Below, in pieces: positions 10,889-21,139 of a stretch of 64,000 nucleotides of DNA. Source of the DNA: Legionellales bacterium. GTDB taxonomy: Bacteria; Pseudomonadota; Gammaproteobacteria; JAGOUN01. Below the pieces are notes generated by a model, which searched no databases, was not told the origin of the DNA, and saw only the letters and a program-made list of their open reading frames with translations. Each line of letters opens with the position of its first letter. The first letter of the stretch is position 1. Made by a program: the position numbers and the translations under genes. The stretch is from positions 1,849 to 65,848 of the forward strand of contig JAIXPZ010000078.1 in NCBI GenBank assembly GCA_027486005.1, read 5' to 3'.

Positions 10889-11540
10889 TTATTGATTAGC
10901 GGGTTGATCTTCTACAAGGCCTAAGCGCAATGCCAATCGCGCCAACTCGACATCGGTGTTAATATTTAACTTCGCAAAAATGCGGTAGCGGTAACTATTC
11001 ACTGTTTTTGGACTAATGCACAGAATATCAGCGATTTCAGGGGCTTTTTGACCGTTAGTAATCATAATCATGATCTGCAATTCACGTTCGGACAGTGATT
11101 CCAACGGTGATTTCTGTCCTTGAGTAAGATTTTGTAAGGCAATTTTTTGCGCGATTTTAGGGCTTATATAGCGTTGACCGCTATTCACGGCTCGAATGGC
11201 TTGCACCATTTCATCTTTGCCGCAGCCTTTAGTCACGTACCCCATCGCTCCTGCTTGAATTAAACGAGTGGGAAAAGGTTCTTCTTCGCAAACGGTTAGT
11301 GCAATGACTTTCGTATCAGGAACATAATGCGCAAGTTTTTTGGTGGCTTCTAAGCCGCCCATACCAGGCATTTGTAAGTCCATGAGGACAATATCAGGGC
11401 CAAGCTTTCTTGCTGCTGCAATCGCTTCTTCACCATTTTGTGCTTCACCAATCACCTTGATTCCATTGATGGACTCGAGAAGGCTTTTAACGCCTACACG
11501 TATTAAATCGAGGTCATCGACAACGAGGACTTTAATCAAA
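10889..11540 (-). CDS. NarL/FixJ-family response regulator (GacA/UvrY-like), REC plus LuxR HTH domains
   Basis: REC domain (VLVVDD...) and a C-terminal LuxR-type HTH. The six-frame ORF extends to 11650 across tRNA-Ser, but the real start is probably the TTG at 11538-11540, preceded by GGAG at a 6-nt spacing. Confidence 0.8.
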
Positions 11541-11566
11541 GTAATACTCCAACAAGAATACAAGGG

Positions 11567-11656
11567 TGGCGGAGAGATAGGGATTCGAACCCTAGAAGGG
11601 GTTACCCCCTTAACGGTTTTCAAGACCGCCGCTTTCAACCGCTCAGCCATCTCTCC
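11567..11656 (-). tRNA. tRNA-Ser (anticodon UGA)
   Basis: Reverse-complement reads GGAGAGATGGCTGAGCGG...CTTGAAA...GGTTCGAATCC...CGCCA. It shows a cloverleaf with a long variable arm, anticodon loop cuTGAaa and a CCA end. Confidence 0.9.
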
Positions 11657-11804
11657 AAAACACGAGGTGTCATATTATAACCTTTCAGGTATAATGTCCA
11701 ACTTAGGCTGGGACGCAACACCTAAATGTTGTCAGTCACCAAAGACGTGCCTATTGTTAACAATATTTGTTCCACCGTCAACTGCAAATTAAGAGGAAAT
11801 TGTT

Positions 11805-12485
11805 ATGGACCCGATGAAATCACAAGTTTTTGTCTCTGCGGCAAGTGAATCGCTGATTGCTGAGCATTCTGTGCTCAGAAATACGTATTTGTTATTAAGT
11901 TTAACTATTTTATTTAGTGCGTTTACGGCATGGATTGCCATGGCGATTCAGGCGCCGCCTATGGGGATTATTCTTTCTCTTGTAGGAATGTTTGGGTTGT
12001 TATTCTTGACGACACATTTAAAAAATAGTGTTTGGGGCTTAGCAAGTGTGTTCGCCTTTACTGGTTTTATAGGGTATATGTTAGGGCCAATTGTTGGAAT
12101 GTTCATGAAAAACTATTCTAACGGCGGTTTTATTGTTTTATCTGCATTAGGCACTACTGGCATTACCTTCTTAGGTTTGTCTATGTATGCATTAACGACT
12201 AAAAAGACGTTTAGTGTGCTGGGCGGCTTTATGAGCACGGGCTTGTTAGTGGTTATCGTGGGTAGCATTGCAAATATTTTTCTTAAGATGCCGGCGCTTT
12301 ACGTAGCAATTTCTGTGGCCACATCGTTTATCGCTTCAGGGTTAATTTTGTTTGATACCGCAAGAATTATTCATGGTGGTGAACGCAATTACATTATGGC
12401 AACGATTGCGCTATATCTAGATATCTACATGTTGTTTATTAACCTGTTGAATCTTTTTGCAATGTTTAGCGGTAGAGAGCGTTGA
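11805..12485 (+). CDS. Bax inhibitor-1/YccA-family (TMBIM) membrane protein
   Basis: 226-aa ORF with 7 predicted TM helices and a typical YccA-like N-terminus. Confidence 0.75.
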   Translation: MDPMKSQVFVSAASESLIAEHSVLRNTYLLLSLTILFSAFTAWIAMAIQAPPMGIILSLVGMFGLLFLTTHLKNSVWGLASVFAFTGFIGYMLGPIVGMFMKNYSNGGFIVLSALGTTGITFLGLSMYALTTKKTFSVLGGFMSTGLLVVIVGSIANIFLKMPALYVAISVATSFIASGLILFDTARIIHGGERNYIMATIALYLDIYMLFINLLNLFAMFSGRER

Positions 12486-12501
12486 TTTTATGCGTAAATA
12501 A

Positions 12502-12804
12502 ATGATACTGCGAGATCAAAATAATTTTCTGATGCACTCCGCCGATTGGAATGAGCAATCGGCGGTTGATCTCGCCAATGAAAGTGGTATTGCACTTTCT
12601 GAGAGACATTGGGAAATTCTTCGTATACTTCGAGAATTATATTTAAAAAATGGCCGTCATCCTGCTATGCGAGTTTTTATCAAAGCATTGCGCTCAGAGC
12701 AGCATGCTTCTACGATGTTAGAGCTAATGCAGTTGTTTGGTGAACGTCCATTGTTTACGATTAGTTTTATTGCGGGTTTACCGAAACCACCGCATTGCCT
12801 TTGA
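12502..12804 (+). CDS. tusE: Sulfurtransferase TusE (DsrC-like)
   Basis: The C-terminal ...GLPKPPHCL matches the TusE/DsrC C-terminal Cys motif, with overall similarity to TusE. An alternative start is the ATG at 12532. Confidence 0.75.
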   Translation: MILRDQNNFLMHSADWNEQSAVDLANESGIALSERHWEILRILRELYLKNGRHPAMRVFIKALRSEQHASTMLELMQLFGERPLFTISFIAGLPKPPHCL

Positions 12805-12848
12805 GAGAGTTATAAATGGCATTACGAGATCAAGCGTGAGAGAAATAA

Positions 12849-13397
12849 ATGATAAAGCGCACTATTTTTTCAATTAAAGAAGGTTTTCGGCATAAAGCGC
12901 AGTTGAAAGTGATACCTTACGAAACCAATATTGTTTCAATTGATTGGCGGTCGTTGTATCAGTCTGGCATGCGTGTTGTGGTGTTGGATTTCGATGGTGT
13001 GTTAGCCGCGGATAAGCAAAAGAAACTTTATGCTGGGGTTGATGCTGTTTTAAATACGACACAAGCTATTTTTGGAGATCATGTTTATATTTTTTCGAAT
13101 CAACCCACGCCGCAACGGCAAGCTTATTTTGCAGAGCACTTTCCTCGCATTCAATTTCTTGTTGCGAAACAAAAACCTTATCCGGATGGGCTGCTCAGCG
13201 TGATTACTCGTGAGCAGGTTAAGCCTGAAGAAGTGTTGTTGGTTGATGATAGAGTGTTAACGGGCGGATTGGCGGCTACTTTAGCAGGGATAAAGTGTAT
13301 TTTGATAGAAAAGCCTTATATTTGCTTTTGGGATAATATGATTCGTGAGACGGTATTTATGAGCTTGCGTGTGATTGAGCGGGCAATTTTTCGATGA
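12849..13397 (+). CDS. HAD-superfamily phosphatase (YqeG-like subfamily IIIA)
   Basis: HAD motif I DFDGVL and motif IV LLVDDR in a 182-aa ORF. Confidence 0.7.
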   Translation: MIKRTIFSIKEGFRHKAQLKVIPYETNIVSIDWRSLYQSGMRVVVLDFDGVLAADKQKKLYAGVDAVLNTTQAIFGDHVYIFSNQPTPQRQAYFAEHFPRIQFLVAKQKPYPDGLLSVITREQVKPEEVLLVDDRVLTGGLAATLAGIKCILIEKPYICFWDNMIRETVFMSLRVIERAIFR

Positions 13398-13437
13398 ATT
13401 AATTTTTCTGTTTAATGCCTTAGCTCGCCTGAACATC

Positions 13438-14157
13438 CTAGTTTTTATCATCCATTTGCCAAACACAAGTGCCTTTTTTCTTCATTTTTTCTAAATATTT
13501 TTCATGTTCTTTTTGTTCTTCTTCAGTGGCAAAAATAACATTAAATTGGCCATCTTTTTTCGAAGTTCCTGCATAACGATCGGGTGCAGTAACAAAAGAT
13601 TTTGTCGAGGTAGCGCTAGTGTCGAATAGATTATTTTGGCCGCCAGTCATTCTCAAAAAAACTTCTGCCAATAACAGGGCGTCAAGACGCGCGCCGTGAA
13701 GTTGGCGGTGTGTATTATTGACTTCATAGCGTTTGCATAGTGCGTCTAGCGAATTGCGTTGGCCGGCGTGGCGCTTACGTGCCATGGATAGAGTGTCTAT
13801 GATGCCACAGATATTTTTTATTGCAGGATGATTTCTATTGAGCCAGCGGTATTCGTGATCAAGAAAATTAAGGTCAAATGGTGCGTTATGAATAATGAGC
13901 TCGGCGCCTTGAATATAGTCTAGAAATTCTTCAGCAATAGTCGCGAAAACCGGTTTATCACTGAGAAACTGAGCGCTGATACCGTGGACTTTAAATGCGC
14001 CTTCATCAATTGGGCGTTCGGGATTAATGTAGATATGTCTATCATTATTGGTGAATCTGCGATCGATGATTTCGATTGCGCCAATTTCAATAATGCGATG
14101 ACCTTCTTCAGGTCTTAGACCTGTGGTTTCTGTGTCAAGTACGATTTGTCGCGTCAT
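13438..14157 (-). CDS. dnaQ: DNA polymerase III epsilon subunit (3'-5' exonuclease)
   Basis: Exo I motif DTETTGL in a 239-aa ORF, with rnhA adjacent as in E. coli. Confidence 0.9.
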   Translation of the reverse strand: MTRQIVLDTETTGLRPEEGHRIIEIGAIEIIDRRFTNNDRHIYINPERPIDEGAFKVHGISAQFLSDKPVFATIAEEFLDYIQGAELIIHNAPFDLNFLDHEYRWLNRNHPAIKNICGIIDTLSMARKRHAGQRNSLDALCKRYEVNNTHRQLHGARLDALLLAEVFLRMTGGQNNLFDTSATSTKSFVTAPDRYAGTSKKDGQFNVIFATEEEQKEHEKYLEKMKKKGTCVWQMDDKN

Positions 14158-14172
14158 TTTTTTGCTCTTAAT

Positions 14173-14619
14173 TTATATTTTACTTAACATTTCATCAATA
14201 GCTTGGTTGGCTAATTGGTCCACTAATTCATTTTCTGGATGACCGCTGTGACCTTTGACCCATTGCCAATCGATGGCGTGAATTTGATTGAGCGCATCGA
14301 GGGCTTGCCAAAGGTCTTGATTTTTTACTGGCGCTTTACTAGCAGTTTTCCAGCCCTTTTTTTTCCAATCAATTACCCAAAGCGTGATGCCCTGTAATAC
14401 ATACTTTGAGTCCGAAGTAAGGGTGACTTTACACGGTTTAGTCAATGCTTCTAACCCTCTAATAGCGGCTAGTAATTCCATGCGATTATTGGTTGTTAAG
14501 ATTTCTGAGCCATTTAGTTCTTTTTTTTTGTCGCCGCGTATGAGTAGAGCTCCCCAGCCACCCGGGCCAGGATTGCCGCGACAAGCGCCATCCGTAAAAA
14601 TATGTACTGTTGTCGACAT
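14173..14619 (-). CDS. rnhA: Ribonuclease HI
   Basis: [16 protein letters not shown] motif. The six-frame ORF extends to 14649, but the homologous start is MSTTVHIF. Confidence 0.9.
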   Translation of the reverse strand: MSTTVHIFTDGACRGNPGPGGWGALLIRGDKKKELNGSEILTTNNRMELLAAIRGLEALTKPCKVTLTSDSKYVLQGITLWVIDWKKKGWKTASKAPVKNQDLWQALDALNQIHAIDWQWVKGHSGHPENELVDQLANQAIDEMLSKI

Positions 14620-14621
14620 GT

Positions 14622-15398
14622 TTAAGGGTTTCCCAGTTGATTTCTGCAACCGCCTTCTAAGGCTGTCATGAGAGTTGGTATTGCAAATGATTTTAATGGC
14701 ATTGGCGTAGCAGGGATAGAAGTTTTTTGAGCCACAATAAGGTTAGCCTTGCACAAGAAAGGCAGGTAGGAAGCTATGGCGGCATCAATAAGCTTCATAA
14801 ATTTGTTTTCAAGAGTGTGTGTAAGCGGTGAAAAAAAAGATTGTGTGGCAATAATTTCTAATCCGACTTGGGTTAATAGTTGTTTGATTGCATAGGTAGA
14901 AAGAAAGGGTGGAAGAGTGTTTTTATTGGCCAGAAAAAATCGAGTAGAAGGCGAAAATGAGAACAAAAGTAGAGTGCCTCGTTTACTCAATATATCAAAT
15001 ATTTGACCAATTATTTCCTTTGGTCGGTTTGAGAATTCCAGTACATGAGGAAGGATGGCTAAGTCTATGGATTCTTTGGCATAAGGGAGTTCGGTGAAGT
15101 GCCCTAAGCATATTGGTGAGATTTGCGGGTGAGATTTAGGGTAATTCTCGCAAAATAAATAACGATGCTGGCAATGGCAGCCTTTGAGTAGATGGCTTTG
15201 TCGTGAATTTCCTATCAGCAAAGCATTTCCAATCGCATGGCAAGAAGAAAATTGCTCAATAAGCTCTTTCTCTATCTTCTCTAAACATGCGACTAATTTA
15301 GCATTAAAATGTTGGTATATCACAAGAATATCCTTTTTTAACCCAAAAGTTATTGCTAGGCAAGTTCGATGATTGCTGTACTTTCCAGATGAGATCAT
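14622..15398 (-). CDS. Class I SAM-dependent methyltransferase (YafS-like)
   Basis: 258-aa ORF sitting between rnhA and mltD, the same position as E. coli yafS, with a methyltransferase fold. Confidence 0.6.
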   Translation of the reverse strand: MISSGKYSNHRTCLAITFGLKKDILVIYQHFNAKLVACLEKIEKELIEQFSSCHAIGNALLIGNSRQSHLLKGCHCQHRYLFCENYPKSHPQISPICLGHFTELPYAKESIDLAILPHVLEFSNRPKEIIGQIFDILSKRGTLLLFSFSPSTRFFLANKNTLPPFLSTYAIKQLLTQVGLEIIATQSFFSPLTHTLENKFMKLIDAAIASYLPFLCKANLIVAQKTSIPATPMPLKSFAIPTLMTALEGGCRNQLGNP

Positions 15399-15497
15399 TT
15401 ATATTTCCTGGCCGTATAAGTATATCTGTTTGAGGCTTAATCTGAAATAACTATACGTTTTTTGGAAAGCGCTCAAATGAGATAAGGAACAGCGAAC

Positions 15498-17120
15498 GTG
15501 GAGAAAAAGGCAAAAATCAGTAGAATAAGCTGCTATATTTGGGCGCTTTTTTGTCTAACTATTGTGATGACCTCTTCTCCGGCAAAAGCAGAATATCGTG
15601 TTGTCTATCCTCATAGTGAAGTGCCAATGGTTAAAGTCGCCAAGCCTTCTGTCGATAGTAGTGGTGACATCTGGCGTGTATTCCAAAAAGAATTTACTTT
15701 AGATCATCAAGCTGAGCGCCCTGAAGTTAAGGAACAAATTGCATGGTTTATGGCCCACAGAAAATATCTCCGTGCGGCTGCCACCAATGCACGCCCCTAC
15801 ATGTATTACATTATAACGCAAATTAGGAAGCGTAATTTGCCGCTTGAGTTTGCACTTTTGCCGATTATTGAAAGTGCCTATGATCCTTTTGCTTATTCCA
15901 CTTCAGGTGCCGCGGGCTTGTGGCAGATGATGCCTGCAACCGCAACCGATTTTGGGTTAAAGCAGACTTGGTGGTATGACGGCCGCAGAGATGTTTTTGC
16001 TTCGACCAACGCTGCGTTGGATTATCTCGTTTATTTACAGAATTTTTTTCATGGTAACTGGATGTTTACTGTGGCCGCTTATCATGCAGGGCAGGGTACT
16101 ATTCTTAATGCTGTTAAGAAAAATGTCGCTAAAGATGAGGCGACTGACTTTTGGTCTTTGTCGCTAGGTAAGCAGACCCAACTGTATATTCCAAAATTAT
16201 TGGCATTGGCGGAAATGGTTGGACATCCGGAGAAATATCCTTTAGGTATGCCAGAGATTCCCAATAAGCCTTATTTAACGCAAGTTGATGTTGGTTCTCA
16301 AATTGATTTATCTAAAGCGGCAAGCCTTTCTGGTTTATCTTTAAATGCTTTAATGAACCTCAATCCTGGATTTAATCGCTGGGCAACCTCTCCTGACGGC
16401 CCTTATCTTCTTGTTGTTCCTATTCAAAACGAAACGCAGTTGAGAGAAGGGCTGGCTTTGATGCCGCAGCGTAATCGTGTCACTTGGGAGCGATATGATG
16501 TTCAATCAGGAGATACTCTAGGCAAGATTGCAGCAAAATATCATACCTCGATGGCTATATTACAACAGGTAAACAAGCTAGACGATTCCTTGATACATGT
16601 GGGCGATGTGATATTTATTCCTAACTCTGCACATGTACTGCCTAAAAGTGTTTCTAGTGCCTCTTCAATTGCTTCTATGAAGTCTGCTGTCAAAAATGTG
16701 GCAGCGGCTTCTGTATTAAGTAAGAGCTCATCGGTTGATGTAAAGGATTTAACGCGTCCTTTATCACCCGCCTCTGAGACGGTTTATCGTGTTCGTAAAG
16801 GAGATACTCTGTCAAGTATTGCACACAGCTTAAATGTCAGCTGGAGAAATCTTCGAGCGTTTAATAATTTGTCGTCAGATACGCTAAAAATAGGTCAAAA
16901 ATTAAACATCCCTCCTAGGGTGACTTCGACTGAGAACGCTGCACATAAAACATTACAGAAAATACATTATGTTATTCAAGCTAAAGATAGCCTGGGGAAA
17001 ATTGCTCAACAGTTTGTTGTTTCCGTAGAAGAAATTGAGCGATGGAATCCATCTATTACGGAAAAATCAGTTTTGCATCCTGGTAAAACTATTGTGATTT
17101 ACCAAGCAACCGCAGAGTGA
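15498..17120 (+). CDS. mltD: Membrane-bound lytic murein transglycosylase D with C-terminal LysM repeats
   Basis: Signal peptide, an SLT domain (ES...AGLWQ) and at least two LysM motifs ([10 protein letters not shown]..., [10 protein letters not shown]...), with a GTG start. Confidence 0.85.
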   Translation: MEKKAKISRISCYIWALFCLTIVMTSSPAKAEYRVVYPHSEVPMVKVAKPSVDSSGDIWRVFQKEFTLDHQAERPEVKEQIAWFMAHRKYLRAAATNARPYMYYIITQIRKRNLPLEFALLPIIESAYDPFAYSTSGAAGLWQMMPATATDFGLKQTWWYDGRRDVFASTNAALDYLVYLQNFFHGNWMFTVAAYHAGQGTILNAVKKNVAKDEATDFWSLSLGKQTQLYIPKLLALAEMVGHPEKYPLGMPEIPNKPYLTQVDVGSQIDLSKAASLSGLSLNALMNLNPGFNRWATSPDGPYLLVVPIQNETQLREGLALMPQRNRVTWERYDVQSGDTLGKIAAKYHTSMAILQQVNKLDDSLIHVGDVIFIPNSAHVLPKSVSSASSIASMKSAVKNVAAASVLSKSSSVDVKDLTRPLSPASETVYRVRKGDTLSSIAHSLNVSWRNLRAFNNLSSDTLKIGQKLNIPPRVTSTENAAHKTLQKIHYVIQAKDSLGKIAQQFVVSVEEIERWNPSITEKSVLHPGKTIVIYQATAE

Positions 17121-17130
17121 TGGTGTTTCT

Positions 17131-17979
17131 ATGATTATTGATGGAAAAAAAATTGCGGCAGAACTGCGTAAAAAATTGATCCAAGAGCTTGTTTCTTTAA
17201 GATTGCAGAAAGGAAGGGCGCCAGTTCTTGCGGTTATTATTGTCGGACATAATCCAGCTTCAGAGATTTATGTGCAGCATAAGCAATCTGCTTGTGCGGA
17301 AGTGGGCATTGAATCACGTAAACATGTTCTGTTTGCTGCAGAAGCAAGCCAAGCCGATTTATTGCGACTCATTGAGCGCTTAAACCAAGATGCCATGATT
17401 GATGGTATTTTGTTACAGTTGCCATTGCCATTGCAGTTTAATGTTCCTCAGCTCTTGGAGGCGATTGATCCTTATAAAGATGTTGACGGTTTCCATCCCT
17501 ATAATATAGGGCGTTTGGCGCAGCGTCGACCAACACTACGTCCTTGCACGCCGCAGGGGGTGATGGCGTTACTAGAGCATATCCAATGTGATTTTAAAAA
17601 CACTGATGCAGTGGTGGTGGGGTGTTCGAATATCGTTGGGCAGCCTATGGCGTTGGAGTTACTATCAGCGGGCGCTACGGTAACCGTTTGTCATAGTCAT
17701 ACACGAAATTTGGCAAAGCATCTGCAGGTAGCGGATCTCGTAATTAGCGCTGTGGGTAAGCCTGGATTAATTAAGGGCGAGTGGCTTAAAGAAGGCTCAA
17801 CGATTATTGACGTGGGTATTACCCGGCTTGCTTCAGGTTGTTTAGTCGGTGATATTGAGTTTGAGTCAGCTCAGAGGCGTGCGAAATGGATTACGCCTGT
17901 GCCTGGAGGGGTGGGGCCAATGACCGTGGCTATGCTTTTGAAAAACACCTTGTTGGCATATCAATTGCAAAAAAATTGA
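17131..17979 (+). CDS. folD: Bifunctional methylene-THF dehydrogenase/methenyl-THF cyclohydrolase
   Basis: 282-aa ORF with MIIDGKKIA...VIIVG...PGGVGPMT motifs. Confidence 0.9.
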   Translation: MIIDGKKIAAELRKKLIQELVSLRLQKGRAPVLAVIIVGHNPASEIYVQHKQSACAEVGIESRKHVLFAAEASQADLLRLIERLNQDAMIDGILLQLPLPLQFNVPQLLEAIDPYKDVDGFHPYNIGRLAQRRPTLRPCTPQGVMALLEHIQCDFKNTDAVVVGCSNIVGQPMALELLSAGATVTVCHSHTRNLAKHLQVADLVISAVGKPGLIKGEWLKEGSTIIDVGITRLASGCLVGDIEFESAQRRAKWITPVPGGVGPMTVAMLLKNTLLAYQLQKN

Positions 17980-18000
17980 GAAATGTCATGCGTCATTTCC

Positions 18001-18030
18001 AATAAAAAAGGGCCTTTAAGCCCTTCTTTC
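18001..18030. terminator. Bidirectional Rho-independent terminator between folD and the HU-like gene
   Basis: The sequence AAAAAAGGGC-CTTTAA-GCCCTTCTTTC, a 6-bp stem flanked by an A-run and a T-run between convergent genes. Confidence 0.6.
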
Positions 18031-18046
18031 AAACAAAAAAGAGGAT

Positions 18047-18448
18047 TTATTCAACCATTTCTTTAAGTTTCTTTAATGCGCGAATTTTAACAACGTTATG
18101 AGCAGGTTTTGCTTTAAACATGGTTTCTTCACCAGTAAATGGATTGATTCCCTTGCGAGCTTTTTTAGCAGGTTTTTTGATTACGTTAACTTTCAAAAGG
18201 CCTGGTAATGTAAATGCGCCTGGGCCACGTGGTTTAATTGAGCCTTCAATTAGTGCGCTAATTTCTTCAAATACAGCTGAAACTTGTTTTTTAGTCAAGC
18301 CTGATGCATCTGCAACATGAGCTAAAATTTGGCTTTTTGTTAATGGCTCTTTAATTGTAAGAGCTTTCTTTGCGGGCGCAGCTTTTTTGATTGCTGTATT
18401 GCTAGTGGCTGGTTTAGCTGCTGCCTTCCGCGTTTTCGTGACTGTCAT
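18047..18448 (-). CDS. HU-family DNA-binding protein with an N-terminal Lys/Ala-rich histone-H1-like extension
   Basis: The C-terminal ~90 aa form an HU/IHF fold (...GFGKF-like, RKGINPFTGE). The N-terminal ~40 aa are KAAAKPATSNTAIKKAAPAKK. Confidence 0.8.
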   Translation of the reverse strand: MTVTKTRKAAAKPATSNTAIKKAAPAKKALTIKEPLTKSQILAHVADASGLTKKQVSAVFEEISALIEGSIKPRGPGAFTLPGLLKVNVIKKPAKKARKGINPFTGEETMFKAKPAHNVVKIRALKKLKEMVE

Positions 18449-18705
18449 ACTCTCTCCCTCTAAAAAAATGTTAACGGAACAAGTTAAGGTAACAAAATAA
18501 ATAAATACCTTTGAAAAATATCATAAATTGCTAATTAAGCGAACTTTTTTTTCTAGTTTAATGCTTCTAAATAGGGTTAAAGTGATTTGGTAAATTTGAC
18601 ACTTGCGTGTTATCGATGTTTTCTGTAAAATTGCAGCCTCGTTTTTGGAACTAGTCGTTTTGCTAGTTCTAGATAGTGGTAGTTTGGCCTTGGAGCAAGA
18701 TTTAA

Positions 18706-19148
18706 TGAAAACATTTAGTGCGAAAGCACAAGCAGTAAGCCATCAATGGTATGTAGTTGATGCAACTGAACAGACATTGGGACGTTTTGCGTCACAAATT
18801 GCAAAGTATTTACGTGGTAAACATAAGCCTGAGTATACCCCTCATGTGGATACAGGTGATTATATAGTGGTTGTTAATGCTGAGAAGATTGCTGTAACAG
18901 GCAAAAAAATGTCAGATAAGATTTACTATAGCCATAGCGGATTTCCAGGCGGATTAAAAGCAGTGACGCTAGAAAAGCTTTTGGCAAAACACCCGGCGCG
19001 TGTTATTGAGCATGCTGTTAAGGGAATGCTACCTAAGAATCCTTTGGGTAGGGACATGTTTAGAAAGTTAAAGATCTATGTGGGTAGCGAACATCCACAC
19101 GGGGCGCAACAGCCACAAGTAATTCATTTTGATAAAGATAAGGCTTAA
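18706..19148 (+). CDS. rplM: 50S ribosomal protein L13
   Basis: [20 protein letters not shown]... The six-frame ORF starts upstream at 18603, but the homologous start is 18705-18706. Confidence 0.9.
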
Positions 19149-19150
19149 TA

Positions 19151-19588
19151 ATGACTGTAAAACAATTTATCGCAACAGGCAGACGTAAAGAATCCGTTGC
19201 TCGTGTCTTCCTTCGTCGAGGAACAGGCAAAATTACGATTAATGGACGGTCGCTTGATGAGTACTTCGATAGGGGAACCTCTCGTATGCTAGTGACACAG
19301 CCTTTGATTGCGGTTGATATGGTGAATACATTCGATGTTTTGATCACTGTTAAAGGTGGTGGTAGTACTGGGCAAGCTGGTGCGATTCGTCACGGCCTTT
19401 CTCGTGCTTTAATTTCTTATGATGAAGAAGGTGTGGTTGCGGCAAGCGCTAGCGAAGAGGGTGCTGCAGTCACCTTCCGTAAACGTTTACGAAGTGCTGG
19501 CTTTGTTACTCGCGATCCTCGATCTGTTGAAAGAAAGAAAGTTGGTCTTCGTAAAGCTAGAAAACGTCCACAGTACTCTAAACGCTAA
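19151..19588 (+). CDS. rpsI: 30S ribosomal protein S9
   Basis: The C-terminal ...[12 protein letters not shown] is the S9 signature. The gene lies immediately downstream of rplM. Confidence 0.9.
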   Translation: MTVKQFIATGRRKESVARVFLRRGTGKITINGRSLDEYFDRGTSRMLVTQPLIAVDMVNTFDVLITVKGGGSTGQAGAIRHGLSRALISYDEEGVVAASASEEGAAVTFRKRLRSAGFVTRDPRSVERKKVGLRKARKRPQYSKR

Positions 19589-19606
19589 TCGCTGGAGTAA
19601 AAGCTT

Positions 19607-20242
19607 ATGGCAGTGGTAGCAAATAAACGTTCAGTGATGACGTTGTACACCAGTCCTAGTGATATTAATGGTCACCAAGTGAGGATTGTTCTCGCTGAGA
19701 AAGGGGTTGCTGTTGATTATGTTTTAGTTAAACGTGATGATGCGTTGGAAACATTGGCGGAGCTTAATCCTTATGGAACCCTACCGACTTTAGTTGATCG
19801 TGATTTAGTATTATTTAATACCCAGGTGATTATGGAATACTTGGATGAGCGTTTTCCTCATCCGCCTCTTCTACCTATTTATCCTGTTGCAAGAGCAAGA
19901 GCCCGTCTTATGATGTGCCGTATTGAAAAAGAATGGTATCGTTACGCGAATATCATTTTATCAGATGCTTCCTCACCCGAGGAAGTTGAGCAGGCTAGAG
20001 AAGAATTAACCCAAAGTTTATTGGCAGTTGCCAAAGCTTTTGGAGAATCTTCGTACTTTTTGAACGATGATTTTTCTTTGATTGATTGTATGGTTGTTCC
20101 TTTGTTGTGGCGTCTTGAAAAAATGAAGATTTCTTTGTCTTCTCCTAAAGCAAAGCCTATTCATGCTTACATGAAAAAAATGTTTGAAAGAGAGTCTTTT
20201 TTAGCGAGTTTGACTGAAAAAGAACACGAATTAAGAGCTTAA
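19607..20242 (+). CDS. sspA: Stringent starvation protein A (GST-like)
   Basis: 211-aa GST fold in the rpsI-sspA-sspB synteny. Confidence 0.85.
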   Translation: MAVVANKRSVMTLYTSPSDINGHQVRIVLAEKGVAVDYVLVKRDDALETLAELNPYGTLPTLVDRDLVLFNTQVIMEYLDERFPHPPLLPIYPVARARARLMMCRIEKEWYRYANIILSDASSPEEVEQAREELTQSLLAVAKAFGESSYFLNDDFSLIDCMVVPLLWRLEKMKISLSSPKAKPIHAYMKKMFERESFLASLTEKEHELRA

Positions 20243-20310
20243 TTTTTGTAGAGGCAGGGACGACAAGACTGACCTTCCTGCCTCACTGTACAAAAAAAGA
20301 AGGAGTTTTT

Positions 20311-20739
20311 ATGCTTCCCATTAAAGCGTATGTCGTAGAAGCCTATTACAAATGGATAGTTGAGAGTGGTTGTACCCCTTATCTTGTGGTAGATGCGACT
20401 GTCGATCATGTTGAAATTCCCACTGAGCATGTCAGAGATGGCCAGATTGTATTGAATATGGCGCCTCAGGCAATTAGAGATCCTGTTTTTCATAAATCTT
20501 ACTTATCTTTTCGAACCCAATTTTCTGGGGTGACGCATTATATTTATGTTCCAATGATCGCGGTTTCATCTGTTTATGCTAAAGAAAACGGCGAAGGTAA
20601 AATGTTTGATATCAGCGAAGAAGATTACGATCATCCGCTCATGCAGCCAATGCCAAGATCGCATTTTGATAATAAAGATGGTGATGATAGCGGTGGCGGT
20701 GGTAGTAAAGGCGCGTCGCATTTGAAGGTTGTTAAATAA
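20311..20739 (+). CDS. sspB: ClpXP adaptor SspB
   Basis: The N-terminal domain is similar to SspB (YYKWIVESGCTPYLVVD). It has an acidic, Gly-rich tail and a C-terminal ...LKVVK ClpX-binding-like peptide. Confidence 0.85.
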   Translation: MLPIKAYVVEAYYKWIVESGCTPYLVVDATVDHVEIPTEHVRDGQIVLNMAPQAIRDPVFHKSYLSFRTQFSGVTHYIYVPMIAVSSVYAKENGEGKMFDISEEDYDHPLMQPMPRSHFDNKDGDDSGGGGSKGASHLKVVK

Positions 20740-20852
20740 ATATCCTGAGACCATTTTAAAAATATCGTTCAATATTTTTAAGAATAGAACAGGGCAGGCA
20801 CAACGCGCTGCCCCTACGCTGTCCAGGTTTGTTGCAGTCATTAGACGATCAT

Positions 20853-21047
20853 TAGGGTCTGTTGACATTTTAGGATCAAAATTTACGTATCCCCTACAAA
20901 TTTAATGGCAACCAAATGAAGTGTCACTCCTGCGAAGGCAGGAACCTAGTCTTATCAATGAGTTAAAAATGCTGACTAGGCCCCAGCCTGCGCTGGGGTG
21001 ACACAATAGTTGGTTAAACTCAAGACACGAAATGTCAACAGACCCTA
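20853..21047. mobile_element. MITE-like non-autonomous element (~195 bp) with 18-bp terminal inverted repeats TAGGGTCTGTTGACATTT
   Basis: The left TIR at 20853-20870 and the right TIR at 21030-21047 are exact reverse complements. The internal core carries two strong hairpins (TCCTGCGAAGGCAGGA; CCCCAGCCTGCGCTGGGG) and is repeated at 52435-52543. Confidence 0.7.
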
Positions 21048-21139
21048 GGAAAAAAAGCCATAAAAAAGAGAAGAAGTTGATAATTGAATTTCAGGTGGTC
21101 TGTAGGGGCCGCGCCTTGTGCCTGCCCCTCTTTCATTCA

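Noticed and set aside
10889-11650. Six-frame ORF extending the response regulator by ~37 codons across tRNA-Ser
   Set aside because: The extension overlaps the tRNA-Ser gene on the same strand. A TTG start with a GGAG RBS at 11538-11540 immediately precedes the REC domain, so the true CDS ends at about 11540.
11340-11792. 150-aa + strand ORF
   Set aside because: It is antisense to the response regulator and tRNA-Ser, with no RBS and a low-complexity Ser/Pro-rich translation typical of an antisense frame.
18603-18705. N-terminal 34-aa extension of rplM in the six-frame track
   Set aside because: Homology to L13 begins at MKTFSAK, where an RBS-like GGAGCAAGA precedes the ATG at 18705. The extension is unconserved leader sequence.
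20243-20310. Hairpin (GAGGCAGG...CCTGCCTC) between sspA and sspB as an attenuator or terminator
   Set aside because: The stem is present but the loop is about 18 nt and no T-run follows. It is more likely an RNase or processing site, or has no function, so it was not called as a feature.
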